Origin: Eutreptiella sp. 'Long Island Sound 2002'
Lineage: Eukaryota; Protista; Euglenida
DNA length: 64,000 bases
Direction: 5' to 3'
Assembly: GCA_964036045.1 (NCBI GenBank)
Contig: OZ038378.1
Location: forward strand, 10,292,001-10,356,000
The notes under the pieces were generated by a model that did no database searches, was not told the origin of the DNA, and was given only the letters and a program-made list of their open reading frames with translations. Both the position numbers and the translations under genes were made by a program. Shown here one piece after another: positions 14,285-25,310 of the stretch (position 1 is its first letter; each line of letters starts with the position of its first letter).

Positions 14285-15055
14285 AGGCCTTTTACGCGGG
14301 GGGTACAGGGGGGGGAAAAATTTAGTATGGGAAAATTTTTGCCCGGAAAAATTCCGCCGGGGAAAAATTCCGCCACAATTGTTAAAAGTGATGGGAAAAA
14401 TTGCGCCACCCTTTTCCATGGTGAAGGGCAAGGCCTAAGGTCGGCTCTCCTTATTGAGGGGGACACCACTTGAGGAAAAGCTGTGATGAGGGTCTAGTTT
14501 GCTCAGGCTGTGTGTGTGCTGCGCTTGCTTGGCCTTGACAGCTTGTGCAGTCCTCTCCAGGTCTCGCTGAACATCAGCTGACCGCACCAAAGAGGAGTTC
14601 ACCAAAAAACGTTGCATTGCAGGCTGTCAAGGCAGAGGTACAGGTGCAGGGTTCGGTCTGGAAAAAGATGTGCAACAGAATGTGGACGTCTTCATCCAGG
14701 TACTGGGCTGCAGCTGCCACTGCCGAACAGCGACCTACAGAGAACACAGTGTCAGTTGACACTGCGCTCACTATTAACTGGCAACTACATGTGGTAGGCA
14801 GCCTGAAGTGCCCTGAAGGATAGAACCCTGACCATCCATCCACGTGACGTATCTAATTCTGCACCCCCCTCCCCCGATCATACCCCCCCCCAGCACAGGG
14901 TACAAATTTTGAACTTGATGTCCAAAAAAAAGTATGGGAAAAATTTCGCCACAATCGTGAAAAGTGATGGGAAAAATTGCGCCAGAATTGGCCGTACGAA
15001 ATTTTTCCAGACAGGTTTCTTCCCATACTAAGTTTTTCCCCCCCCCGTAAGGCCC
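14285..15055. mobile_element. Putative non-autonomous foldback element with 26-bp inverted repeats
   Basis: GGGGGGGGAAAAATTTAGTATGGGAA (14308..14333) matches the reverse complement of 15020..15045 at 25/26. An internal direct repeat CGCCACAAT.GT.AAAAGTGATGGGAAAAATTGCGCCA occurs near 14371 and 14947. Confidence 0.55.
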
Positions 15056-15956
15056 ACTTGGGGTGACCTAAGTGGGCGCGCTTCCGACGCCCCCGCCCCC
15101 CCCCCCGCGCGCCACTTTCTTCTCCTGCTGCGGTGTACGGCCCCAAAGGCCGCGAACTCTGGAGAAACGCTGACGCAATTTCGCCCTCTAAAGAACCGTC
15201 CCGCACTGCAATGGACATGGGGTACGGCGGGTGAGGCAGGCAAGCCCCCCCCCCCCCCTCCGACGGTGTACACGACACCCCCACCCCCCACACACACGAA
15301 GGCCCTCATCGAGCACAGCCGCACCCACGGGACCATGGGCCCCCACAGCGGCGAAGGCGATGTCACGTGCATCTCCCGGGGCTCCACTGGGGAGCACGAC
15401 CGGACAGAGGGTCAGTGCACAGCCGCCGATGGTCAACGGACGGCATTGGCCAGCGATTGACGAGGCGCAGGTCCATGACCACGGCAGCCGTCCGTCAGCG
15501 ATGGCCATCCGTCCGATCGCGCAAGGCCTGCGGGACACCGGAGGAGACCGTGCCTGCGGGAGGCAGCCTCGTTACCCCCTCCCCCCCCCCCTCATATCAC
15601 AGTCGGTAGTCCATCGCCCTCTGGGGGAGGGGGGGGTGCGGCCACCCAAAACCAGGGCTCCGACGTCGATGTCAGACCCCAGGCCCGACCCCCCGATCGG
15701 CAGGTGAAGACCGCATCACTGCGGGGCACTCGAGCGGTGCCCTGCCCCCGTGCCCGGGGGACGCAGCAGCGGGATCCCTCCCACTCCGACCGCCCCGGCC
15801 GTGCGACTCAGTAGCCCCCTCCACTTCATCGGAGGGGGGGGGGGGCTGAGTGGGACCCAGACCCGATGGGTGACTCGATAGGACTCCCCCACATCCGATC
15901 ACGTCGGAGCGGGGGGATGCACGCCAGCGGGCGCAGGGGCCAGCGGGCGCACGGCT

Positions 15957-16342
15957 CTAGATCAAGAAGGGGTGCGCTTCGGTGGAGAACACGTACTTGT
16001 CCAACGGAATCGTGCTGTCGCTACTGAAGATCAGGTACAAGTACTTCAGCGTCTCCGCGAAGAAAAAGGACTGCACGGAGTCGTTCCAGTTGGCGCCCCC
16101 CCCCACGTCCTTCGTGACGTCCCGCACCCCGGAGTACGCCAGGGGGGTCTTGCAGTGCTTCTCTATGCTCTGGAAGATGGCCCACGCCCGCTCCCGATAC
16201 TTCGCGTCTTTGGTGGTGCGCCACAAGATGAACAGGCTCTCCACCGTCTCGGGCCGCAGGAGGTACTTGGCCGACTGCACTTCCCAGTCCCCCCGCGTTC
16301 CCGCGTCGTACGTGTTGAAGCGCACGGCCTCCGGTCCGAGGC
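15957..16342 (-). CDS. MNS1: Class I alpha-1,2-mannosidase (GH47), exon 3 of 3 (terminal)
   Basis: GLGPE...YLLRPETVESLFILWR...QSFFFAETLKYLYLIF...VFSTEAHP-stop are the GH47 C-terminal motifs. Acceptor TGTCCCCAG|GC (phase 1), TAG at 15957..15959. The symbol is a family-level assignment. Confidence 0.96.
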
Positions 16343-16849
16343 CTGGGGACACGTGACACGGGCACACCGGTGCACAGACATGAGGGACGGCGGCAAAGCA
16401 CTGGCCGCCCGTGTGGCAGCGGACAGGGCGGCGGGTCTGCACTGCGTCCCGCTGTTGACCAGAGATGCCCACGTTGAGGGGGCCCGATGAGCCCACACCG
16501 CAAATTAGGCGGCGTTACGGTTGAGGGTTTCCCAGAGGCTGAGAATGGAAGTTCCTCGTCGTTTTGATGTCTTTTCCACTCCCACGCCCTTAGTACAGCC
16601 GGCGCTCCTTGCGTCTTACGGCGTTGTCTGAGTGTGGCGACCCCGTCTGACCGTTATTCTCTCGACAACAGCTTCTGTGATCAACAACACAAAGTGCCTG
16701 TGAAGAATTGTTGCCGCTAACAAAGTTGTGTGTTTGAGCGCACCCCATTGTTGCTCAGTGGCATTGCGACAGAACTTATGGTTCATGAATTGCGATTCTT
16801 GTTTGAATATTCGCGATTTTCTGCCGCATTTTTTGTATCCGTGCGTTGT

Positions 16850-17040
16850 GGCTGGTGCACGCACGAGGTGCACAGAGGGGGGGGAGGGGCAGGCGCAGAC
16901 GAAGGGGGGGGGCGGCAGGCGCAAGGGGGGCTTTGGCGCGCCCAAGGCACGCGGGGCACATGCGTGGCGGTCTGTAGACACTGTCTGCCCCAAGTAGATG
17001 TGGTCTGCTTATTGTAGACCCTGTCGGCGTTGTAGACGGG
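16850..17040 (-). repeat. Dispersed ~190-bp repeat in mannosidase intron 2; second copy at ~40620..40810 (+)
   Basis: Shared identical core AGACCACATCTACTTGGGGCAGACAGTGTCTACAGA and CATGTGCCCCGCGTGCCTTGGGCGCGCCAAAGCCC. Confidence 0.85.
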
Positions 17041-17487
17041 GTCAGTCGCTGAGGGTGGGGAGAGGAGTTGGAAGGCTCTGCAGTTCGAGCAGTGATTTGG
17101 GGGGCTTTCTGGCAGGTGGCTCGGCATGAAGGCACTGTGTGTCCGCATCCCACGTTGGCAGAACGCCCCGCCACTGCATGTACCCCCTCCCCTCCCACTG
17201 TCCGTGCCCGCCCCCCTGCCCATGCACCCGCTTGTGCAATGCCCCGTGCCCCAGTCCTTGCTGTGCCCGCGATCATGCCTTTACCCAGCTCCGTGCTCCT
17301 GCCCAAACATATGCCCCGCCTGCCCCCGTCCCCTATCCACACCACTGCCCCGGCCGCAGCTCCAGTAACGCGGCCCCTAAATCACGCGGGTGCAGGAGCT
17401 ACAGCACTGCGAACCCTCTTTTCAGGCCATGAATCGTCACATTTGTGCAACGCGTCGCGGCACGAAGGCAGTGGCAGGCACGCACAC

Positions 17488-18118
17488 CCGTGGGAGACGC
17501 CTCGTACGTGGCATAGCAGGTCTCCAGCAATTCCTTGGCCATCTGCAAGTGGGTCTTCCCGTTGCGCGCCTTCGTGCCGACCCCGATGCCGCCCCCCAAC
17601 GCCAACAGCCCCGGCACAAAGCAGGCCAAGTGTTCCATGTCCGCCACCTTGTGGCCCTGCTTGATCTCCCCGATGAACGCGTGTCGGTTGGGCTGAGAGT
17701 ACCCCCACAACTTGTCCTGCATCCCGGCGATCGCGTGCTCATACATCTTCAGCAGCCGCTTGTCGCTCTTCGCGGACAGGACATACTGTTTCAGGAGGTA
17801 CTCATAGAAGCTGTCCGCCATCCCCCCAAACGACACGGTGTCGGAGTTGAATTCCGCAGTCTCGGGGTTGATCGTGACGGGCCACAGCCCCCGCACCGCG
17901 TTCGCCCTGTCCCAGTGCCCCCACTCGGGGTACTTCGACAGCGTCTTGTTCTCGAAATGCGCGGCGTCCACGTCGACCAGCATCGCCATGAACGCGTCGA
18001 CGGTGTCGTGGTACACGGCGTTGCCGGTGAGCTTCGACAGGTACTTCCACTCCAGCTGCACCGACCCGGCCTCCGCCAGCAGTGCGGAGTTGCTGTTCCA
18101 GGACGGATGGTGCCCTTC
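17488..18118 (-). CDS. MNS1: Class I alpha-1,2-mannosidase (GH47), exon 2 of 3
   Basis: LAEAGSVQLEWKYLSKLTG...SFGGMADSFYEYLLKQ...MEHLACFVPGLLALG...TCYATY..SPTG. Acceptor ACGCAG|GAA (phase 0), donor ACGG|GTGTGC (phase 1). The frame joins exons 1 and 3. Confidence 0.96.
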
Positions 18119-18213
18119 CTGCGTGTGGAGGTGCAAATATCCGTCCGCCAGGGCCGGGGGGGGGGGGGGCGCCGTGTATACCTCCGTAGTGGTCAAACAC
18201 GGGCGAAGATGTA

Positions 18214-18797
18214 CCTTCCCCCCCCCATGTCCATCCCCCCCCCAAGGGACGACGGTTCCCCCCACCCCAGGGGGGAACCGTCACCAAGTGACGGTTCCCC
18301 CCCTGGGGGGGGGGGAACCGTACACCACTCCCGACCAGCCAATTCTAGTATAACCCAACCAAAAAAATTTCTTCAGCGCCTTCGGCACCTGTGATTTCCT
18401 ATTGATTTCCTATTGTTCATGGGCCAAGTGACGGTTCCCCCCCTGAGGGGGGGGGATGGACACGGGGGGGGGGGATGGACACGGGGGGGGGGGGGATGGA
18501 CACGGGGGGGGGGGGGGATGGACACGGGGGGGGGATGGACACGGGGGGGGGATGGACATGGGGGGGGGATGGACACGGGGGGGGGGATGGACATGGGGGG
18601 GGGGGGGATGGACACGGGGGGGGGGGATGGACACGGGGGGGGGGATGGACACGGGGGGGGGGGATGGACATGGGGGGGGGGATGGACACGGGGGGGGGAT
18701 GGACATGGGGGGGGGGATGGACATGGGGGGGGGGGATGGACATGGGGGGGGGGGATGGACATGGGGGGGGGGGGCATGGACATGGGGGGGGGGAAGG
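18214..18797. mobile_element. TA-flanked MITE-like foldback (Tc1/mariner-type ends) in mannosidase intron 1, with a G-rich minisatellite
   Basis: TA|CCTTCCCCCCCCCATGTCCAT ... ATGGACATGGGGGGGGGGAAGG|TA. Internal (G8-11 ATGGACAY)n array at 18447..18793. Confidence 0.6.
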
Positions 18798-19678
18798 TAC
18801 CCACCCAAACAGCCCACCCAAACAGCCCACCACCAGTCTTCCTGGGGTGTATTTCTGGTTGCCGATAATTCCCAAAGGCTTGTGGCTAGTTTTTGTTCTT
18901 TCCGGGGGCTCCTTGACGGTTGCAATGGTCACCAGGAGGGTCCCCAGATTGTCCCAAGGTTTGCAGCGCGCCCACACCGCACGCGCCCCGTGGCAAGAGC
19001 GCCCTCTTCGAGAGGGCCGTGCTGACGTGCGACCCACAGGCACGCGGTTCGGGGCGTGGGCCCCGCTGCAACACCGTTCAGGGGCAGTCACACCACAACA
19101 AACGGAAGTGGCGGGCGGTGCCAAGCGGACCGTTGTCTGAAGCTGAAACCACTCTTCACGACATGACGCACCCCCTCTCCTTCAGCACCACAAACATGTC
19201 GTCTCGCGTTCTTGACCGTCTGGGGGCCACATCCGTCAAAAAAGGGCTTTTACGACGCGTCGTACTACGACGCCTGTTACCACGTGTCGTGGATTACACG
19301 CGTCGTAATGACACTTTGCAGACCCTGGGAACATGTACGTTTACCAGAGTTTAGTCTGTAAACACTGTGCAGAGGTGCAGATGCCACGGCCACGGAAAGA
19401 CATTGATCAATGATGGGACCCGAGGCGGCCCCCTCAAAAAACAATGCATAGGTCTGGTTCTCCGTCGCAATACTACGCGTCGCAAGGCGTCGTAGTATTA
19501 CGCGTAACAGCTTTGCGACGCTTTCCGACTCGTCGTAACACGCCGCCTATTACGAGGCCCCGACGCGTTGTGCCGCGCTTGTTTGACAGACACCCCCGAA
19601 GGCGGCGGGGGTGCCCATTCCCTTTGTACTACGCGGACGGTCCCCCCCACACAAAGGGACCCCATCCACAGACGACAC

Positions 19679-20500
19679 CTGCGTCTGGAGGTTGAGGCTG
19701 TGGTACGGGATGCGGTAGGGGGTGTTGAACGCGGGGAGCAGCAGCTTGGCCAAGTCCTCGGCCTTCTGCAGGAACAGGGCGTCCCTGCTGAGGGTGTAGG
19801 CGGCGAGCAGGCCCCCCATGTGGCGGATGGTGGTCTCGAACACCGACACGGTGGTGTCCTTCCGGTACGAGAGGCGGCGGACGTGCTCGCGGGCCTCCCG
19901 CCACTCCGCCCGCAGCCCCATGATCCACAGCGTGTCCAGCGCGTCCACGACGGTGATCCCGAACCCGCCCCAACTGTCGTTGGTCCTGTTGCTGACCGGG
20001 CGCAGCTCGTCGTGACCCCAGGCGTAGGCCCGGTAGGACCGCCACGCGTGCCGGAACGCGTCCCGGACGGCGTCCCGGCGCTGCCGCATCACCGCGTCGG
20101 TCTCGGGGTCGGTGTCCCCGAGGGGGGGCAGCGGGACGGAGGCCTGGGCGCCGCGCATCAGCTCGTGGGGGGCTTGGCGGTCCAGCGGCCCCGCGCGCGA
20201 CGGGGGACGGGGCGTGCCCCCGGGCGGGGGGGCGCCTCGGAGGGGCACGGGCTGGTCCAGCGTGGCGCGCTCCTTGGCTTCGTGGCGCCGGGAGTGGAGC
20301 GTGGTCAGCTCGATGGCGATGACGCTCGAGGCCATCAGCATCCCACAGACGCACGTGATGGTGAGCCACCACGCGAAGCCGGCGTCCCGCACCCAGGCCA
20401 CGCGCTGCGCCAGGAAGTACTTCCGGAGGCGCTTTTTGGCCCGGTCCCGGGACGGCCCACTCACGTCATCGTCGTCGGGGATCCAGATGTTGGTTTCCAT
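19679..20500 (-). CDS. MNS1: Class I alpha-1,2-mannosidase (GH47), exon 1 of 3, with type II signal anchor
   Basis: METNIW start (ATG at 20500), hydrophobic AGFAWWLTITCVCGMLMASSVIAI, Pro-rich stem, then AFRHAWRSYRAYAWGHDELRPVS, TVVDALDTLWIMG, VSVFETTIRHMGGLL, LLPAFNTP. Donor CAG|GTGTCG. Spliced CDS is 1839 nt = 612 aa + stop. Confidence 0.95.
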
Positions 20501-21206
20501 GTTGAGGCTGCAATCACAGGTCAATGCATCGTAACCCCCCTCCCACGCCCCTGCGTGTGCACTGGCAGTGCCATGGGGATCTCCACCGTCGTTGCAGAAT
20601 GTGATTGGAGGCATAGGGGCTGTGGTGAGGTCGGCTTGTCGCAACCCCCACAACTCAGGAAACCATTTCAACAATTCGGGGCAACAAAGTGCGCACACTT
20701 CTGGGCTGTTTCCGGGCTGTTTCCTATGTTCATGGATTGTGTAAACTGAGTGTAATGTATACACAGCGAACAGTGAACAGTGTCGGCAATTCAGCAGCGC
20801 GTTGTGCAACTAAGGCTTGGACCAAAAGCATGAGACCCCTCGTAACACGCACGCAGGTCCATGGAGCTAAAAACCCTGTCCACGGAAGGAAAAATACACA
20901 TTCACACTGCGGAGACGGCTGTATTGGGTGGGTCCGGCACATCCAACAAATCGAGGCACACACTCGGCGCGAATCCGGGGACTCACCCCGGTTTGGGGGC
21001 GATTACCATAGGGAGCAATGCACTGCTGTGGTCGCCGGTGGTTGCCGGTGGTCGCCGAAACCGGTCGAATTTAAAAATGGCGCCCCTGGCGTTGTTAATT
21101 ATGGCATTTTTAGTTATGACCACCCATATGGACGCTGCACGGAGCACGCAAACGTCGCCACAGATTCAAAATGATGACCCCAGTAGTATGTTGAGGAACA
21201 CAGGTT

Positions 21207-21605
21207 TTAATCGCATTGGACTGTGTGATTGGCGAGGCAATCGGAACACAAGAGCTTCCTGCATACAAAACACTGCGCTGGTGGAGAAGGCTCCAAACAG
21301 TCAGCACAGGGGACCAAATCGGCTTCTGGGGCTGGAACAAAAGCATCGATGTCCTGGACGTGGGATGTAGTGTCGTCGTACCCCAGGGCAAGCATTACCC
21401 CAGCCCGCTCAAAACCCACCATGCAACAATACTGAGAGCAGATGGCAGGGTCAAGTAGTGTCTCCTTAATCCACATGGCACTACGGTCCCTCAAAGTTGG
21501 TTTGGACGTTGAAAGTACAACACCTCTTTTTTCATGCACTTGCTTGCGTTTTCTGATCTCCTTCAAATCCAAAACATCATTTGCTGGAACAGCAAATGCT
21601 TCCAT
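21207..21605 (-). pseudogene. C-terminal fragment of a probable transposase-like protein ending in a Cys/His zinc finger
   Basis: Open frame ending CADCLEPSPPAQCFVCRKLLCSDCLANHTVQC, with the same spacing style as the DDE relic tail at 24701. No intact upstream frame. Confidence 0.35.
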
Positions 21606-23499
21606 TAAAAAACCACCTTTGGACAGGAAAATGCACCAAAGTGGCTCAGCGTTTTAAATCATGGCCAATTCTGGAACTCCCGGAAAACCCCCGGCGTTTT
21701 TAATTATGGCGTTTTACATTATGGCCGTTTTAGATTATGGCCAGAGCAGTATGGCCATGGATGCATGTGCAGTACGATGCCCTGATATCACAGGCACACG
21801 GGCAACCAGCAGTAAGGAACACAGCACACGCAACGTTGTTGCTCCCAACGAAAACCTCCATGCACACACCCTCTCTCGCCTGCCTGTGAGAGACATTTAA
21901 GGCGATGGCGGTCGAAAATGGAGGATTGGGAGGATTCATGGAGCGCTACCCATTAGCTATTCTTGAGTGCTGATAAGTCTGAGGCTGATCATTGAAAGTG
22001 CCATTTGCAGTGGCCATCTCAAATGCCATACCTTTGCCCTGGGATAGATCCTTTCGCAATTTATGTGATTGTGCTCCCTGGGGCCATCTGGTGACATTCT
22101 AACTCTTCTAGGGGTAAAAGGGGCACGGTGCAGATACTTGGTCATGGGATATAAAGATTGACTGACTGGGCCACTTGACTGGGAGTCTTTAAGACGCAAG
22201 CATTCACACGATCAGCAAACCACTGCGTTCAGGAAGATGGAGAATGTGGTTTTCTTTCGCCAGAATGCATCATTTGGCAGATGCGTAATAGACAGAGCCT
22301 AATGTGCAAGTATGGTCCTCAGACTTTGAACTGGGGGCCAATGAACTGAGGACTGAGCAGCCGAGTCACTCCCTCTGAGCATACCGTCGTTGAAGTATTG
22401 ACTGTGCTCAATACTTTGCTCTCATTGGGCTTATGGGCAAGGGTGGCCGCATTCGGCATGAAATTTGGTGACATGGGTAAGATTTGAGATTCTGGAGGGA
22501 AGAAGTTAGAGAGTTAGTGTATACAAAGGTTTGAGGCTTGTGCCTTGCTACACTGTGTGACAAGCGGGCGAACCCCTCAACAATCATCAAACACCCTTTC
22601 TGCACCTCCCTTCCACACAACTTCTCCTTGCATGGATACCAATATTCGAAAAAGGTCAGTTTTCTTACACTTACACTTTTCTTGTAACCTGGTAGTTTGT
22701 ACAAAATTAGGGTTCAGGCTGACGTAAAAACACCTTTACAATTAGTACATACATCACCAGCATTCCATATTGCTTGTGCTTGCACTCATTTCCCCAATGT
22801 TTGCTGATGTGCACCTTCGAATTCGTTAACCTGTTTTTGAGGACTGGCTTTTGATATGACTGACCCTCATGCCTCATAGAATACCTGCAACTGTGCTTCG
22901 CATGTCTTTTTCGCTTGCAATCGCAGAGTCCAACCAACCCATTATCATTATCAATATTCAACAAGTGGAAGCAGCAACAAGAACAGCATAAAAGAAGCAT
23001 CAGTGAAGCCTCTGATGGTGCCCCTACGTGAAGTCCCTACAAAGGCAACGTGTCCAGGAGAATATCAAAAGCAACCGCTGCACCTCTAGCATCAACACAG
23101 CCAGCCACTCCAGCAGAGCCAGCCACTCAAACATAGACCCCAAAACAATCGGCCAGTCCAACACTGACCCCAGCACAGTGAATTATACCAGCAACGACCT
23201 CAGCGCAGTCAATTACTCAAGCAAAGCCCTCAGCACAACCAACCTCCGCAACAAAAGATCCAGCGCCAACCCCAGCAAAAACCAGGAACCCTGCAATAGC
23301 AAATTACTTGGAAAACTGCGGGGAAACCCCTGAACCTCTTGGCGTTGAAATGTACCTGGAGGGAAAATGCAGAATAATGCTGCTGGAGAAGGGACCCTTC
23401 CAATGCGGCAGAAATCGTCAAACACTGATTTGATGAAGGCCAGGGTTGTAGCTGCGGAGCTGAGGGTGCCTTGCATCCCCTTCCAGCGTGCAATTTTCA

Positions 23500-23647
23500 C
23501 ATACACACACACACACACACTTCGTGCGGGAAAACCAGTGGGGACCAAACGCGGGGCACGACGTCAGTGAAGACGAAAGCAAGCGAAGGCAGAGCACTGG
23601 TCACCGAGACAATTTCATCAGGCCACACACACACACACACACCCACA

Positions 23648-23725
<78 letters not shown>
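23500..23725 (+). repeat. (CA)n microsatellites (23503..23520, 23624..23725)
   Basis: Direct reading. Confidence 0.97.
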
Positions 23726-23729
<4 letters not shown>

Positions 23730-23837
23730 TATCGATATACAAGCACTGTGCAGTATCACTTCAAATCGCAGAAGATGTGGAAAGCACCGAAACCCAACGG
23801 GGGGTGTTTGCACGGCGCGCTACTCTTATATTAACTA

Positions 23838-24555
23838 AACCCCCCCCCCCTTCATTATCATGCGCGTGATAATATTTCGGTGCTTGATAATAGGGGGTGC
23901 GTGATATTTTTTTGACCGCCACCCAGGGATGCGCAAAAGATTCGTGCAACTGTGACCCCTTGCTCTGGGGGGGGGGGGTTGAGGTCCTTTGCTATCACGC
24001 TCACCCTCACCCCCCTTTGCTTTCTCCCCCTTCACAGGTATGCTGCTGCGTGTGCCTCCTGTGGCTTCCGGCTTCGCATAGATTTCGATGGAACTGTTAG
24101 ATATAGGTCTCAGGATCAAGCTTGCCACGGACATGGAGGGATGTGAATGCCAAGCTGGGGGGTTAATGGGCCGTACTAGGCCAATTTCGGGTCATTTTAA
24201 GGGTTATTTTGGGGGTATTTATCTTGGGGCTTTTGTGTTAGTGCCCAGGGCTGCCAAGCGGCTTGTGGGTTGTCTTGGGCTCTTTGTGCACCCCCAAGGG
24301 GAGATGCATCTGCTCCTAAACCCAAGCCCAAGCCCAACCCTAAACCAGTTTCAAGGCAATTGTCAATGTCTGCATTTCTCTCCAAATAACCGGACCAAGT
24401 CGCAATGGTGTTGCAAGAAATCCTGGTTTCCGCCTTTTGTGTTGCTACCTCTCACGTCAAGAATTGCATGCGTGATATTATTTTGGAGGTATAAAACAAT
24501 ATCATGCATGCGTGATATTATTTCGGATGCGTGATAATGAAAGGGGGGGGGGGTT
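23838..24555. mobile_element. TA-flanked MITE-like element (~718 bp)
   Basis: TA|AACCCCCCCCCCCTTCATTATCA ... TGATAATGAAAGGGGGGGGGGGTT|TA. Repeated subterminal GCGTGATA(T/A)T motifs at both ends. Confidence 0.65.
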
Positions 24556-24700
24556 TAGGCCACCTTTAACCCCGGATTTACCCTCCCCTAGAGGAGCCCC
24601 CCATCGACCAGAGTGGACCGCGAACCTTCCCTACAAAGCAAGCTGCATAAGAACAAATGGAGAATTCAACATCAATGTGTATTACTCATGTATTGGCTAA

Positions 24701-25200
24701 TTAAACAAGTTGTTCCCCACAAGTGTGGGCATCAATACATTCATCACAATAATGCTCCTGGCACTCACCACAAGCTGTGATGGTGGAGCGCTTCTGACAA
24801 CACAAGGCACACACATCTGCCTCATCCTCTCGCTCATCTTGCACGGCGCCCGAGTTGCTTTTATTAGTCCAAACAGGCCCCGTGGTCCATAAGGAGGGTG
24901 ACGGACCTGCCTCCGAATGCATGCCTCTGAATGCAAAATTGCCTGAAATGCAACAAAACACGCACGGACTGGTGCGACTCATTAGGGCCGCCACGCTAGA
25001 TATTCCTAGCCAACCCCAATGCCACAACTGTCCAAACAAATGCTCAATGCGTGCCCTATACAAATCATGCACATCATTGTATGATTGCTGCCGGGCCGTC
25101 AAAGTTCCATTCTTTCTTCCAATGAATGGCACAATTACATGAATCCTGCCTTTACAAGCACCATCATGGCCCCAACCTCAAAATCAAAGAAATCACCACC
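24701..25200 (-). mobile_element. Decayed DDE transposase relic (Harbinger/ISL2EU-like), copy B, best preserved
   Basis: GHDGACKGRIHVIVPFIGRKNGTLTARQQSYNDVHDLYRARIEHLFGQLWHWG (second D region and E motif), then CALCCQKRSTITACGECQEHYCDECIDAHTC. Confidence 0.65.
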
Positions 25201-25310
25201 GGTCCATATCCCCTACTGGAAAGGGGCCAGTCCATATCCCCAACTGGAAAGGGGCCGGTCCATATCCCCAACTGGAAAGGGGCCGGTCCATATCCCCAAC
25301 CGGAAAGGGG
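25199..25310. repeat. 4 x 28-bp near-perfect tandem repeat CCGGTCCATATCCCCAACTGGAAAGGGG
   Basis: Units at 25199, 25227, 25255 and 25283, with single substitutions between units and no spacers. Confidence 0.95.

Noticed and set aside
17390-20749. Long plus-strand ORFs (17390..18394, 19568..20749, 15972..16490)
   Set aside because: These are antisense shadows of the GC3-rich mannosidase exons.
25199-25310. 28-bp palindromic repeats as a CRISPR array
   Set aside because: The units are directly adjacent with no spacers.
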